Assembly: GCA_023128825.1 (NCBI GenBank)
Contig: JAGMDF010000082.1
Location: forward strand, 8,626-72,625
Reading direction: 5' to 3'
Origin: a candidate division WOR-3 bacterium
GTDB taxonomy: Bacteria > Hydrothermota > Tepidihabitantia > B3-TA06
Length of the DNA: 64,000 nucleotides
Shown: in pieces, positions 52,156 through 61,492 of the stretch
Layout of the letters: every line of letters starts with the position of its first letter
Numbering within the stretch: the first letter of the stretch is position 1
Position numbers and translations under genes: made by a program
Notes under the pieces: generated by a model
Told to the model about the DNA's origin: nothing
Seen by the model: only the letters and a program-made list of their open reading frames with translations
The model's database searches: none

Positions 52156-52338
52156 AATAAAAGCCTTAATAACCCCTCCTTGGTGGGTTACCTAACTTCT
52201 TCTTAGAGCAGATGTTTGCTCTCGTTCCGTAATTATACCCCATTAGACGCAGAAATCACTCAAAAGTAAAATCCGCGTCCTCGAGACCTCGTTACTGATC
52301 TTACACACCAGACGCAAAAATTATTCAAAAGGTTTCTC

Positions 52339-52376
52339 TACCCCACGCCGTCACTACATGACGCCGCGGGGACCCC
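52339..52376 (-). repeat. Family-B hairpin repeat (minus orientation)
   Basis: The minus strand reads GGGGTCCCCGCGGCGTCATGTAGTGACGGCGTGGGGTA, close to the copy at 61013. Confidence 0.7.
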
Positions 52377-52382
52377 GACTTA

Positions 52383-52414
52383 ACGCTCCTTTTTGCATAC
52401 GCAAAAAGATCGCG
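52383..52414 (-). repeat. Family-A hairpin repeat (minus orientation, variant flank ACGCTCC)
   Basis: The plus strand reads ACGCTCC-TTTTTGC-ATAC-GCAAAAA-GATCGCG. Confidence 0.65.
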
Positions 52415-52537
52415 ATTTAATACACCTCTATTCAAAAGGTGACTCATCTTATCCCTCCCCCTCCCACACACAGCATGAGAGACCACTCCTGCTATAAATT
52501 AAGGGGACGGCCACAGCCGCCCCCTTAAGATTTCTCT

Positions 52538-52571
52538 CTGCGACCTTTCTCCCCATGGGAGAAAGGAGCAT
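52538..52571 (+). repeat. Family-A hairpin repeat, 2 nt from the stop codon of the PorV-like gene
   Basis: CTGCGACC-TTTCTCCC-CAT-GGGAGAAA-GGAGCAT. Confidence 0.75.
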
Positions 52572-52573
52572 TT

Positions 52574-53656
52574 TTAAAACGCTATTCCCAGCGAAGCGCG
52601 ATGAACCGGCGCTAAATACCAGTGCCACTCGAAGCTGTAGTCAACCGCTACGTCGTAGCTTCCGACAGGTATCTTGACGCCAAGCCCTGCCGAGGGGCCG
52701 CGGGTGTTGCGGTTAGAAAGCACTTCACGAGCAATAGTGGCGGCATCAACGGATGTGGTGCCTTCTTCGTCGTCTCCAAAATCGGGTGCGGTGTTGAGAC
52801 CTAAACCCAGGCGCAAGAAAAGCGTCTCGTTGAGCCCATACTCCAGGCCGATGGCACCCTTGGCAGGCTGGTCCGATATATGAGCGAAATCCGCTGTCAT
52901 GGTAAGACGTGAGGGGGGACCTTCAATAAGGTCTATGGCCACACCGCCAGCAAATGTGAAGGGCATGTGGAAAGGTTCGGATTTGTAGGTGGACGGTATG
53001 TCCTCGGTCTGAAGGGTATCCTTTCTGGTGTTGAAGATGAGACCTTCACCTTTGTATGCCATGTCCGGACCGAAGTGCTGCACCACGAATCCCAACCTGA
53101 AGTTGCGTATCCCGACGTTATAGGTAGCACCGACATCAACCGCGAATCCCCAGGCGGCAACTCGATGCAGGGTAAGGTCGATGGCTTTAAGGGTGACACC
53201 CGCCGAGAACTTTTCAGTCATCTTGCGTCCATAGGATATACCCACCGCGTAGTTGTTGGCCATGTAGTAGTTACCCGTACCGTCTTGATCATCGTAGGTC
53301 GTGATTTCAATCGGGCCGGAAAGGTGCGCGAGAACCTGAAAACCTAACGCGTCGAGTTCGCTTAAGGGAACTCCGAGTGCAAGATTCTCTTCAAGCATGC
53401 CGGCAAAGAGGATCGCCTGCCCGAAGGTCCCGGCTATCCTGTCCATATTAGCTATCCCGGCCGGGTTCCAGAATAAAGCGTCCGGTCCGTCGGCCAAGGC
53501 GGTATAGGCACACCCCATAGCTATGGGGCGGGCACCGCCGCCCATCGTAAGGAAGGACACGGAGGCACCGGACCCACCCAGACGTGCCGAAAGCGGCGTC
53601 GCGATCACCGCCAGGGCCAGGATGCTGAGGACAAGGAGTCTTCTACTCGTCTTCAT
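52574..53656 (-). CDS. PorV/PorQ-family outer-membrane beta-barrel
   Basis: Signal MKTSRRLLVLSILALAVIATPLSA. Signature GGGARPIAMGCAYTALADGPDALFWNPAGIANM. Terminal aromatic residue (GIAF). Confidence 0.75.
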   Translation of the reverse strand: MKTSRRLLVLSILALAVIATPLSARLGGSGASVSFLTMGGGARPIAMGCAYTALADGPDALFWNPAGIANMDRIAGTFGQAILFAGMLEENLALGVPLSELDALGFQVLAHLSGPIEITTYDDQDGTGNYYMANNYAVGISYGRKMTEKFSAGVTLKAIDLTLHRVAAWGFAVDVGATYNVGIRNFRLGFVVQHFGPDMAYKGEGLIFNTRKDTLQTEDIPSTYKSEPFHMPFTFAGGVAIDLIEGPPSRLTMTADFAHISDQPAKGAIGLEYGLNETLFLRLGLGLNTAPDFGDDEEGTTSVDAATIAREVLSNRNTRGPSAGLGVKIPVGSYDVAVDYSFEWHWYLAPVHRASLGIAF

Positions 53657-53665
53657 CTTTTCCTC

Positions 53666-56600
53666 CTACCGGATGATGGCAAACTTGCCAACTTTGGTTT
53701 TCTTCTTGCCGTCCGAGGTTTCGGCCTCAACCTGCCAGATATACAAGCCGCTTGTACAGTCCATTCCTGCTTCGGTTAAGAGATCCCATTCCTCGGAACC
53801 TGCAGCTCCATAGAGGCCTTCTCCATCGTGCTCGATCGTACGAATCAAAAGACCCGCCGAGTTGAAGATCCTGATACTACACTTGAGGGGCAGGCGCTGG
53901 AAGATCACGTGACGGTCGTACTGACTGCGATCCCAGGGGGCGCGTACGTAGTAGGGGTTGGGAACAACCCGGACGTCGTCAAGGGTCTGGGTGGTGTCGT
54001 CTTCATCCAAACGAGCTGCAAACGTAGTGTAGCGGAAGCGATCCTCTTCGCTGGTAGCTTTGAGCGTCTTTATGAGGAACTTGTCCCCGGGCTCAGGCGG
54101 TATAACGTACCTTGTGGTGTCCCAACCTATCGTGTCGTTAGTAACGGTATCGACAATCGGCCTCCGGGTCGTAGCCGTGTCAACGAAGGAGAGTTTGAAC
54201 ACCTCCTTACCAGGCTTTATCTCTTCCCAGTAGATGGAAACACTGGTGTTGCCCGTGATGTCCAAGCGATCAATGTTCGGGTCGCCGTCTTTATTCCATA
54301 GGAAAGATTCCACCGGCTCGTTATTATCGTATCGATTAACCACCACAGGGCCCCACCGATCTTTACCATCTTGTGCGCTGTCAACCACTGTTACAAGGTA
54401 ATCGATGGTGTAGGGAACAGGTCTTCCTCGAATTGCGTTGGTCCAATCCATATTCCAATACATGTCGGTCTTAGAGGGTCTCTCGAGCCAGCCGGTATAG
54501 AGGGTGTCAATCAACTCCTCGACATCCAGGGTGTCAATGGGAACAGAGGCAACCTGAACCAGCACCCCGTCGATGATCGGACCGCTCAGCTCGCCCGCGT
54601 GCGTAAGGAAGCTGTCGAGAACGAGGGAGTCGGCATCAACGTCCTTGAAGTAGGCGTACTTGATGATGTCCAGGGTGTCTATCGTCACATCCGATCCTTC
54701 GATAATGGTATCGATCCTGGTCACCGCGCGGAAGCCGACCTCGTACTCGTGGCCTGTGATCTCGTCCGGGGAGATGAGGCTGTCTCTAACCAGCGCGCTG
54801 CCGTCGCCAGCAACACGAATTACCGGCCCGACCATCGCATCCTGCCAGCCCATCGGGTTGGAGCGGGAAACCGCCCAGTAGGTTTTGCCGGTCTTGCCGC
54901 CTTCAAGCGACTCCACACCTTCGGTGGGTTGAGGTTTAGAATAGGATGTAACGGAGTAGTAGTAGATCTGACCGTTGCGAACATCCTCATCGACGTAGTA
55001 GTGACGCACGCCGACCTGCCCGCCGAGCTGAGTTTCGGTGTAAGTGTTAATGGTGAAGACCTCGCCGTGAATCGGTTCAAGGATGTCTCCAGTAGCGCCT
55101 GAGTCGGCGTCTGAGATGCAGTACTGCCCGCCGTCGATAAAGATTATATCTCCGGACTCGTAGGGATAGTAGTGGGGGCCGTCGACGCCGCCGGTAATCG
55201 GGTCTGCATTGGTTACCGTAACTCCGGGCAAAACAGGCTTAACGATGGTGGTGATCTGACCGGCCGTGACGTTACCTACAGTACCAGCTACCCTTGCCTC
55301 GATATTAACGTCCACCGGGGTTCCCGGAGGGTCAATCGTCCCGTTTTGCGTAGTCTCGAACTCCACGTATCCGAAGACAGGGTTGTCTGCATCGGTGGCG
55401 ACGATTGTACCTTTGGGAATCAGCGTGTCACCGGGACCAGGAGTAAAGGTCACTTTACCCTTGGCTTTTACCGCTGCGGGAAAAGCCTTGGGGGTGCCGT
55501 TGAGTTTGTCAAGCACGCAGTAACCACTTTCTTCAAGGGCATCGGGGTTGTAGGTCAGGATGTTCTGGGTTGCAACGTCATAGACGATGTAATACTTGTA
55601 AGAGGTGTCCTTCTTGTCCTGCTGGAATGTGAGGGTGTAGGTGTTGGGCTCGAATCCGTACTCGGCTGGTTCCTTGCGAGTGAATTCATTGTAGTATACC
55701 TCAAGGAACTCGATGCTGGCCTTGCTCGGCCCGGATGTGTGTTCGACAACGGCCGTATCCGGATTTTTCGAATCCTTCAGATCGTAGTCGCCAAGGAGTT
55801 GCCAGGTCTCTGAGAGCCCCGAAAGACTCTTGTAGATCCGGTAACCTTCAAAGGTCGGCTGACCGCTCATCGGATCAATATAGTGCTCAGATTCACTGCC
55901 CCAGGTAAGATAGACTACGCTGTCGCCGGGAATCACCGAAAGGGAGGGGTTCGGAGGAGGTGCGTAGCCGAAGTAACCGTTCTCGAACTGAATCTTAGCA
56001 GACTTGGCCTTCTCTTTGAGTTCATCAAAAGAGTAGGCAACGATCACCGCGATGGTTAACTCCACCTCTTCATCAGGCTTCAGGTGCGGATAAGGGCCGC
56101 AGTTCATGAGCATGCGTACGTCGTTAGGCTTATCATAAGTCCAAAACTCCGTATGGGCCATGTAAGCGTACTTGAGACTGTCCTGTCCCAGGTTGTCTAT
56201 CTCATAACCGTTCGGCCAGGTCTCGAAGCCTGTTAGTCCGATATCCAGAGGGGTATCGAGGAAAACAGCACCTATGTATCCTGCCGGGGTAACCCAGCCT
56301 TCCTCCGAGCCGTTGGCATCGTAGGTGTAACCCATGTTGAGTTCCTGATCGAACCCGATCAGATCGTCCCAGAAACCGTCATCACCTGCACTGGTTCCAC
56401 CCTCTCCGATGTCGTTGTCCATGAAGAAGGAGAAGTAGACCGAATCCAGCGGGAAGTCGTTCATATTCCTAATCTTGTAGTTGATGAAGATGTAGGAATT
56501 GTTGTACTCGTAGTTCCAGGCATACGTACGCTGCTCGATTCTTAGCCCCTGCCCACGCAAGTCGTAGGCACCTGTTGAGAGTATCCATATGCACGTGGCG

Positions 56601-57349
56601 TCGTTGGCCGGAATCCAGTCCCCGCCGCAGGCGTAGCTATCCTGCTCGGAGATGATGTCTCCGTTTCCAAAGGGACCAGGGCTGACCTCAGGCATCTGTA
56701 TTGCACGGCGATACTTGTTGATCGTGGTATCCGTAAACGGCCAGAGCACCTGGTAGTCAAGAGGGGTAGTTCCGGGAGTGGCAAAGAGCCTTCCGCCTTC
56801 ACCGTCATACCCGTAGCCTTGAGGGATGGTCATATCACTGAAGTAAAGCCCGAGGTTGCTGATGTCGCGCATGCCGCCTGCGATTTTCATCTCCGGAGCG
56901 GCCATAGCTCCAATGTCCGAGTTAAAGGCACCCTTGGAGACGTTATAGACCATCTCGTCTCCAACCGGGTAGTGGCTGCCGACCCACAGACCCCACGCAT
57001 AGGTGTAGAACTGCTCTGAGCCTTTGGGATACTCGGCGTTCCTGCCTCTCGTGTTAGGATAAAGCCTGCTAGACTCTATGGGGAATTCCCCTCTGTATTC
57101 GTGTTCGTCTGCCGGGTGGCGGGCGAATGTGCCGCCCTGAAGGGTATTGCTGACCAGGAAGTCTGAGATGTTTCCTGCGTCTACCCACCATATCATCCAC
57201 CAGGAGGCCGCCTCGTTTGTCGCCACGGTCAAGAGACGGTTTTGATTTTGGGGTGCAAGCTGAACGTCGCTATCCATTCTGGCAAGAACGGGTAAAGCCA
57301 GAAACACGAGGCTCGCTAAAACAAGGATTGTTTTTCTTTTCATCGTCAT
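53666..57349 (-). CDS. 1227-aa secreted protein of unknown function with T9SS/FlgD-Ig-like C-terminal sorting domain
   Basis: Signal peptide MTMKRKTILVLASLVFLALPVLA. C-terminus VVPNPYYVRAPWDRSQ...CSIRIFNSAGLLIRTIEHDG...WDLLTEAGMDCTSGLYIWQVEAETSDGKKKTKVGKFAIIR. No catalytic motif recognised. Confidence 0.8.
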   Translation of the reverse strand: MTMKRKTILVLASLVFLALPVLARMDSDVQLAPQNQNRLLTVATNEAASWWMIWWVDAGNISDFLVSNTLQGGTFARHPADEHEYRGEFPIESSRLYPNTRGRNAEYPKGSEQFYTYAWGLWVGSHYPVGDEMVYNVSKGAFNSDIGAMAAPEMKIAGGMRDISNLGLYFSDMTIPQGYGYDGEGGRLFATPGTTPLDYQVLWPFTDTTINKYRRAIQMPEVSPGPFGNGDIISEQDSYACGGDWIPANDATCIWILSTGAYDLRGQGLRIEQRTYAWNYEYNNSYIFINYKIRNMNDFPLDSVYFSFFMDNDIGEGGTSAGDDGFWDDLIGFDQELNMGYTYDANGSEEGWVTPAGYIGAVFLDTPLDIGLTGFETWPNGYEIDNLGQDSLKYAYMAHTEFWTYDKPNDVRMLMNCGPYPHLKPDEEVELTIAVIVAYSFDELKEKAKSAKIQFENGYFGYAPPPNPSLSVIPGDSVVYLTWGSESEHYIDPMSGQPTFEGYRIYKSLSGLSETWQLLGDYDLKDSKNPDTAVVEHTSGPSKASIEFLEVYYNEFTRKEPAEYGFEPNTYTLTFQQDKKDTSYKYYIVYDVATQNILTYNPDALEESGYCVLDKLNGTPKAFPAAVKAKGKVTFTPGPGDTLIPKGTIVATDADNPVFGYVEFETTQNGTIDPPGTPVDVNIEARVAGTVGNVTAGQITTIVKPVLPGVTVTNADPITGGVDGPHYYPYESGDIIFIDGGQYCISDADSGATGDILEPIHGEVFTINTYTETQLGGQVGVRHYYVDEDVRNGQIYYYSVTSYSKPQPTEGVESLEGGKTGKTYWAVSRSNPMGWQDAMVGPVIRVAGDGSALVRDSLISPDEITGHEYEVGFRAVTRIDTIIEGSDVTIDTLDIIKYAYFKDVDADSLVLDSFLTHAGELSGPIIDGVLVQVASVPIDTLDVEELIDTLYTGWLERPSKTDMYWNMDWTNAIRGRPVPYTIDYLVTVVDSAQDGKDRWGPVVVNRYDNNEPVESFLWNKDGDPNIDRLDITGNTSVSIYWEEIKPGKEVFKLSFVDTATTRRPIVDTVTNDTIGWDTTRYVIPPEPGDKFLIKTLKATSEEDRFRYTTFAARLDEDDTTQTLDDVRVVPNPYYVRAPWDRSQYDRHVIFQRLPLKCSIRIFNSAGLLIRTIEHDGEGLYGAAGSEEWDLLTEAGMDCTSGLYIWQVEAETSDGKKKTKVGKFAIIR

Positions 57350-57361
57350 TTCTCCTCTGGC

Positions 57362-60300
57362 CTAAAAGCTCACACGGATGCCGAAGCGCAGCTCACGCGG
57401 AGCACCAAACATCGCCGGACTCTGAGCGTAGTAATGCTCCCAGTCAGCAACATCGGCCTGCCAGTTTTCGTATTCGTCTGCAAAGCCGTTGCTTGCGTAG
57501 TTGCGGTAGTTGGCCTCTTCGTAGACAGGGCGTCCACCGTTGTCGTCAGGGAGACCCGTATTGCTGTAAACATTCACCACGTTACGCCAGTCAAAGATGT
57601 TGCGAACATCGAAGTACGCTCCCAGCCTGAGTCTCTCTCCCAGAGGGAACCACTTCTCCAGCTTGGCATCCAGGGTCTTGGTGCCCGGCATACGCCGGGT
57701 GCCCATGGGTATTATGTTGCCGCGGGAGTCGGTTCCCCAGTAAGGCTGCCCGGAAGCGTAGTTGAACTGAACGTTCAGATTGGTCAGTCTCAAAGCTTTG
57801 ACTGAGAAGTCCGGGGCAAGATAGAAGTTCAAGTTGGCCTTGAGCGAGTGTGTAACGTCGAACTCCAACGGGTACTCGTGCTTCGGGGGCTCAAGAGCGG
57901 TGCCGCGATAGCGGTAGTAGAACTCACGCCCTGAAGAACCGGTACCCTTGGCATCCATGAAGGAGTAGGTTATATTCCAGGAAAGAAAGCGGGCTGCCCG
58001 ACGAACCAAACCCACATCGAAACCCGTGACCTTGGCAAAATCCTCGATTACGTACACGGTGTAGGTCGAAAGTTTACCCTTGTAGATTGTGTTTACGCTA
58101 CGGGTAGCCAGAAGATTCTCCTGATCCTTGTAGTAACCCTTAAGCTCAAACGCCATGTCATTGGATATGGCGTACTTGTATCCCGCCTGGTAGAAGATCG
58201 TCTTAAGAGGCGGCAGATTGGGGTTACCCAGCAGAGGTACGCCCACGGTGATGTCGGCTTCCAGATTCTCATAAAGATCCTGCAGGTTGACCGGCTGGAA
58301 GAAGTGACCGTAGGAAGCATACATCATGGATTTTTCAGACACCGCGAAGGAGATCGAAAGACGAGGGCTGAACTGGAATTTAGGCTTTGCAACTACCTTG
58401 CCGGAGTCGATGTTCTCAGGGTCAACAAAGTAGTCGGATGCAGGATGGAAGAAATCGAAGCGAACGCCCGCGTTAAGCTCCAAATCCTCGTACTTGATCT
58501 TGTCCTGAACGTAGGCCGCAGCGATGATCGGTTCCTTGTGGTAGGTATCGTTGTAGGGGTTCTCGTTGACAAACTGGATACTCTTGTAGTCGAGGAAATG
58601 ATAGTTTCCGCTCATGCCTGCCTTGAACCAGTGGACCTCGTTGGGGTTCCAGTCGAAGGAAGCGTCAGCTATGTACTTGGTGGTGTTGCGCTCCGCCCAG
58701 TAGGGGAAGAAGTAGTAACGGAAACGACGGAACAAGGGGTCGGTGTTGTAACGAACGTAATAGAGATTCCCTGAACTCTCAAGGCTGTCCTCGTAGGGAT
58801 TATCAACGGTGGTATCCTTCCAGTTCTGCCAGAGGTCGTAGTAGTGTTTGTAGAGGTCAAAATCGAAGAGGTGGTAGTGCACGCCTACGGTGTCAATTAT
58901 TGTATCCGTTCCTTCAATCCTGGTTTCAACCGTGGGCCGCCACTCGTTGACCTCGTACCAGCGCCAGTTGAGGGACTCAAGCTGCTCCTTACAGCCTACC
59001 CATCGGAATACGCTGTCGCCGTCTATAAGGTAGCCGTTCTTTTTGACGTACTCGTTGTGGAAGAACCAGACCGCGGAGTCCGGATCCTCAGTGATGGCTG
59101 AGTAGCGCTCAAGGATGTTGAAGTAAATAGAGTCCTGGGTGTTGTTGTCAACGTAGGCAAAGGTTGACTCTGGGATATAAAAGCTCATGGAGTCCGCGTT
59201 GTAGATGCGCTGTAAGGTCGAGTCTATTATGGTGTCTCCTTCTTCGGAGATGGTGGTATCATGTTCCCACCAGGTCCGACCGTAGGCCCAGGTTACCCAA
59301 TCCATCAGCATACGACCCACCATGCGGAAATCGTTGTAATGCGCGCCGTCCATGTAGGAGGTCTTGCTATGGGTGTTGAATGTACCTACGTTGACCGTGT
59401 ACGCTATCTTGTCAATACGCTGATTGACCTTGAGATTCAACTGATAGTTGTCCTGGTTAACCATAGGTCCATTCTGTAACCAGATGCCTTTCGAGTAGGC
59501 GTGGCTGTAGCCATGACGCCAGGTGTTGGAGTAGTTGCCTGAAAGGGTAAACTTAGCTCCACCCTCTGTCGGTCGCCAGGCAAGCTTAAGCGTTCCGTTC
59601 TTGCGGTGCTGATCGTTGAATGGGAGTCTGTTTTCGTGTTCGAGGATGTTCCCGGAGATGAAGAAGGAGGAACGCGGCAGACCCAGCGGCCCGCCAAAGG
59701 ACAAGGATCCCTTGTTATGCCACATATCCTTGTTCGGATATTTGATCGGATCCTTACTCAGCCTCAGGTGAGCGTCGGTTTCATACTCGGCTGTGCCCTC
59801 GAATCTCTGGCTACTGCCTTCACGGGTGACGATGTTGACCACCGCGGACATCGCATCGCCGTACTCGGCATTGAAGGTGCCGGTGTTAATGGTTATCTCC
59901 TGAATAGCCGTGTTGTCTATGTAGACGCCCGATTGACCGGTCACTGGATCGTTGGCGTTGATACCGTCAACCACGTAGACCACCTCGTTGGTTCGGCCGC
60001 CCTGGATGTGCAGACCTGACGAGTAGCCACTCGCAGTCTCGGTAGCTCCAGCTACAAGCCTTACAACGTCCTGGTAGTTATCCACCGGCATACGTATGAT
60101 CTCCCCACGCTCTATGGGATGTGGCTCCGTTGTGAGAAGCGGGCGGGTGGCCGTAATTATTTGCACCGGCATATCGATGCTTCCGGGCTTTAACCTTGCA
60201 TCCTGTTTGGTAACCTGGTCGGCCGTAACCTTGACACCGCTCACCACAACAACCTGGTAGCCAATCATCGAGAACTCAAGGGTGTATTCGCCGGCACGAA

Positions 60301-60514
60301 GGTTAGAGATCACGTAGGTTCCATCCATGCCGGTTGCAGCACCAGTGACGGACTCACCATTCTGTCGCACGATGACGTTTACAGAGGGCAGTGGATCTCC
60401 TGTTCCGGCGTCTCTTACCCGCCCGGTGATCTTCCCCATGATACCGGCCATTAAAAGACCTGGAATGAGAAGTAACACCATGGCGAGAAAGACGCCCCTT
60501 ACTTTTACTCTCAC
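57362..60514 (-). CDS. TonB-dependent receptor with N-terminal carboxypeptidase-regulatory-like domain
   Basis: GKITGRVRDAGTGDPLPSVNVIV (CarbopepD_reg), plug region VVRLVAGATE...LHIQGGRTNEVVYVVDGINANDP, and barrel terminus RELRFGIRVSF. GTG start behind AGGAGG. Confidence 0.85.
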   Translation of the reverse strand: MRVKVRGVFLAMVLLLIPGLLMAGIMGKITGRVRDAGTGDPLPSVNVIVRQNGESVTGAATGMDGTYVISNLRAGEYTLEFSMIGYQVVVVSGVKVTADQVTKQDARLKPGSIDMPVQIITATRPLLTTEPHPIERGEIIRMPVDNYQDVVRLVAGATETASGYSSGLHIQGGRTNEVVYVVDGINANDPVTGQSGVYIDNTAIQEITINTGTFNAEYGDAMSAVVNIVTREGSSQRFEGTAEYETDAHLRLSKDPIKYPNKDMWHNKGSLSFGGPLGLPRSSFFISGNILEHENRLPFNDQHRKNGTLKLAWRPTEGGAKFTLSGNYSNTWRHGYSHAYSKGIWLQNGPMVNQDNYQLNLKVNQRIDKIAYTVNVGTFNTHSKTSYMDGAHYNDFRMVGRMLMDWVTWAYGRTWWEHDTTISEEGDTIIDSTLQRIYNADSMSFYIPESTFAYVDNNTQDSIYFNILERYSAITEDPDSAVWFFHNEYVKKNGYLIDGDSVFRWVGCKEQLESLNWRWYEVNEWRPTVETRIEGTDTIIDTVGVHYHLFDFDLYKHYYDLWQNWKDTTVDNPYEDSLESSGNLYYVRYNTDPLFRRFRYYFFPYWAERNTTKYIADASFDWNPNEVHWFKAGMSGNYHFLDYKSIQFVNENPYNDTYHKEPIIAAAYVQDKIKYEDLELNAGVRFDFFHPASDYFVDPENIDSGKVVAKPKFQFSPRLSISFAVSEKSMMYASYGHFFQPVNLQDLYENLEADITVGVPLLGNPNLPPLKTIFYQAGYKYAISNDMAFELKGYYKDQENLLATRSVNTIYKGKLSTYTVYVIEDFAKVTGFDVGLVRRAARFLSWNITYSFMDAKGTGSSGREFYYRYRGTALEPPKHEYPLEFDVTHSLKANLNFYLAPDFSVKALRLTNLNVQFNYASGQPYWGTDSRGNIIPMGTRRMPGTKTLDAKLEKWFPLGERLRLGAYFDVRNIFDWRNVVNVYSNTGLPDDNGGRPVYEEANYRNYASNGFADEYENWQADVADWEHYYAQSPAMFGAPRELRFGIRVSF

Positions 60515-60850
60515 GTTAAACCTCCTAGCTCTAGCTGGATGGGTTTTTCAACATAACTCTATGTGAACTGGGGTCGGAATACTCCGATTACAAAGAATTG
60601 ACGCACCTCCTTTTCTTTCGTGGGAATTCACACTTTGACATTCACTCATAATAACCGTCCGTTTTTGCAGGCCGCCCTAGAAAGCCCAACATTAACTCAT
60701 CTGCTCAAGAGGGTTACACGGGGAGACAATCCAACTCCTTCGTGTATACCTTCGTATTTGAGTATAGGTTTCTTTCCTGACTTGTCAAGTGGTAGGAAAT
60801 CTGTGCGCCAGGAGATCATTGCCAGGGGGTGGGCCTACATTTAACAAACC

Positions 60851-60901
60851 GTGTGGAACGGGCTCTCTAGCCCGTTCTTTTATATTATGCACAGGCTGGA
60901 G
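60851..60901 (+). repeat. Family-D direct repeat, copy 1 (about 52 nt, contains a terminator-like hairpin)
   Basis: GTGTGGAACGGGCTCTCTAGCCCGTTCTTTTATATTATGCACAGGCTGGAG. Hairpin GAACGGGC-TCTCTA-GCCCGTTC followed by TTTTAT. Confidence 0.8.
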
Positions 60902-60962
60902 CACCCGACGGGGGTACACTGGTATGGAGTGCGACAACGCGGTTGTCGCACTCCAAAGTTAT

Positions 60963-60997
60963 ATGCTCCTTTTTACCTGGCGGTAAAAAGATCGCAG
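60963..60997 (-). repeat. Family-A hairpin repeat (minus orientation)
   Basis: The plus strand reads ATGCTCC-TTTTTACC-TGGC-GGTAAAAA-GATCGCAG. Confidence 0.75.
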
Positions 60998-61012
60998 TAT
61001 AGAACTGTCCTA

Positions 61013-61053
61013 GGGGTCCCCGCGGCGTTACGAAGTAACGGCGTGGGGTAAAG
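61013..61053 (+). repeat. Family-B hairpin repeat
   Basis: GGGGTCCCCGCGGCGTTACGAAGTAACGGCGTGGGGTAAAG. Confidence 0.7.
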
Positions 61054-61094
61054 TTACACCTCCCCCTTGACGGGGGAGAGTAGGGAGGGGGATT

Positions 61095-61132
61095 GTCATT
61101 GCGAGCGAACGAAGTGAGCGAAGCAATCTCGT
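61095..61132 (-). repeat. Family-E repeat
   Basis: The plus strand reads GTCATTGCGAGCGAACGAAGTGAGCGAAGCAATCTCGT. The minus strand reads GAGATTGCTTCGCTCACTTCGTTCGCTCGCAATGAC. Confidence 0.6.
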
Positions 61133-61241
61133 AAAGATGACAAAGGCGTCTCAGTCATTATGAGGAGCGAGTGTTCGTGACGAGCGACATGACACCGAAG
61201 GACGACGCTTGCGGAGTAATCTCATTCTGCAAGGCGGTGCT

Positions 61242-61297
61242 ATGAGATCGCCACACTTCCCCGCCTCTTACGAGGCGGACGGTCGGTCGCGATGACA
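61242..61297 (+). repeat. Family-E repeat
   Basis: ATGAGATCGCCACACTTCCCCGCCTCTTACGAGGCGGACGGTCGGTCGCGATGACA, with internal hairpin CCGCCTC-TTAC-GAGGCGG. Confidence 0.6.
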
Positions 61298-61361
61298 TTT
61301 AATCTTCCCCTCCCCTGGTGGGAGGGGTCGGAGACGAAGTCGACGGGGGAAGGGGAAACAT

Positions 61362-61395
61362 ATGCTCCTTTTCGCCTGTGGCGAAAAGATCGCAG
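61362..61395 (-). repeat. Family-A hairpin repeat (minus orientation)
   Basis: The plus strand reads ATGCTCC-TTTTCGCC-TGT-GGCGAAAA-GATCGCAG. Confidence 0.75.
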
Positions 61396-61440
61396 AGAAA
61401 GAATCGGTACATTCCCTTCGGGAATAGCTAGCGGCCCCGC

Positions 61441-61492
61441 GTGTGGAACGGGCTCTCTAGCCCGTTCTTTTATGATTATCCACAGGCTGGAG
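61441..61492 (+). repeat. Family-D direct repeat, copy 2
   Basis: GTGTGGAACGGGCTCTCTAGCCCGTTCTTTTATGATTATCCACAGGCTGGAG. It differs from copy 1 by one indel and one substitution. Confidence 0.8.

Noticed and set aside
54371-55813. 243-aa and 213-aa plus-strand ORFs inside the 1227-aa gene
   Set aside because: They are antisense to a long uninterrupted ORF with signal peptide and sorting domain. Both are Val/Gly/Asp-rich mirror frames.
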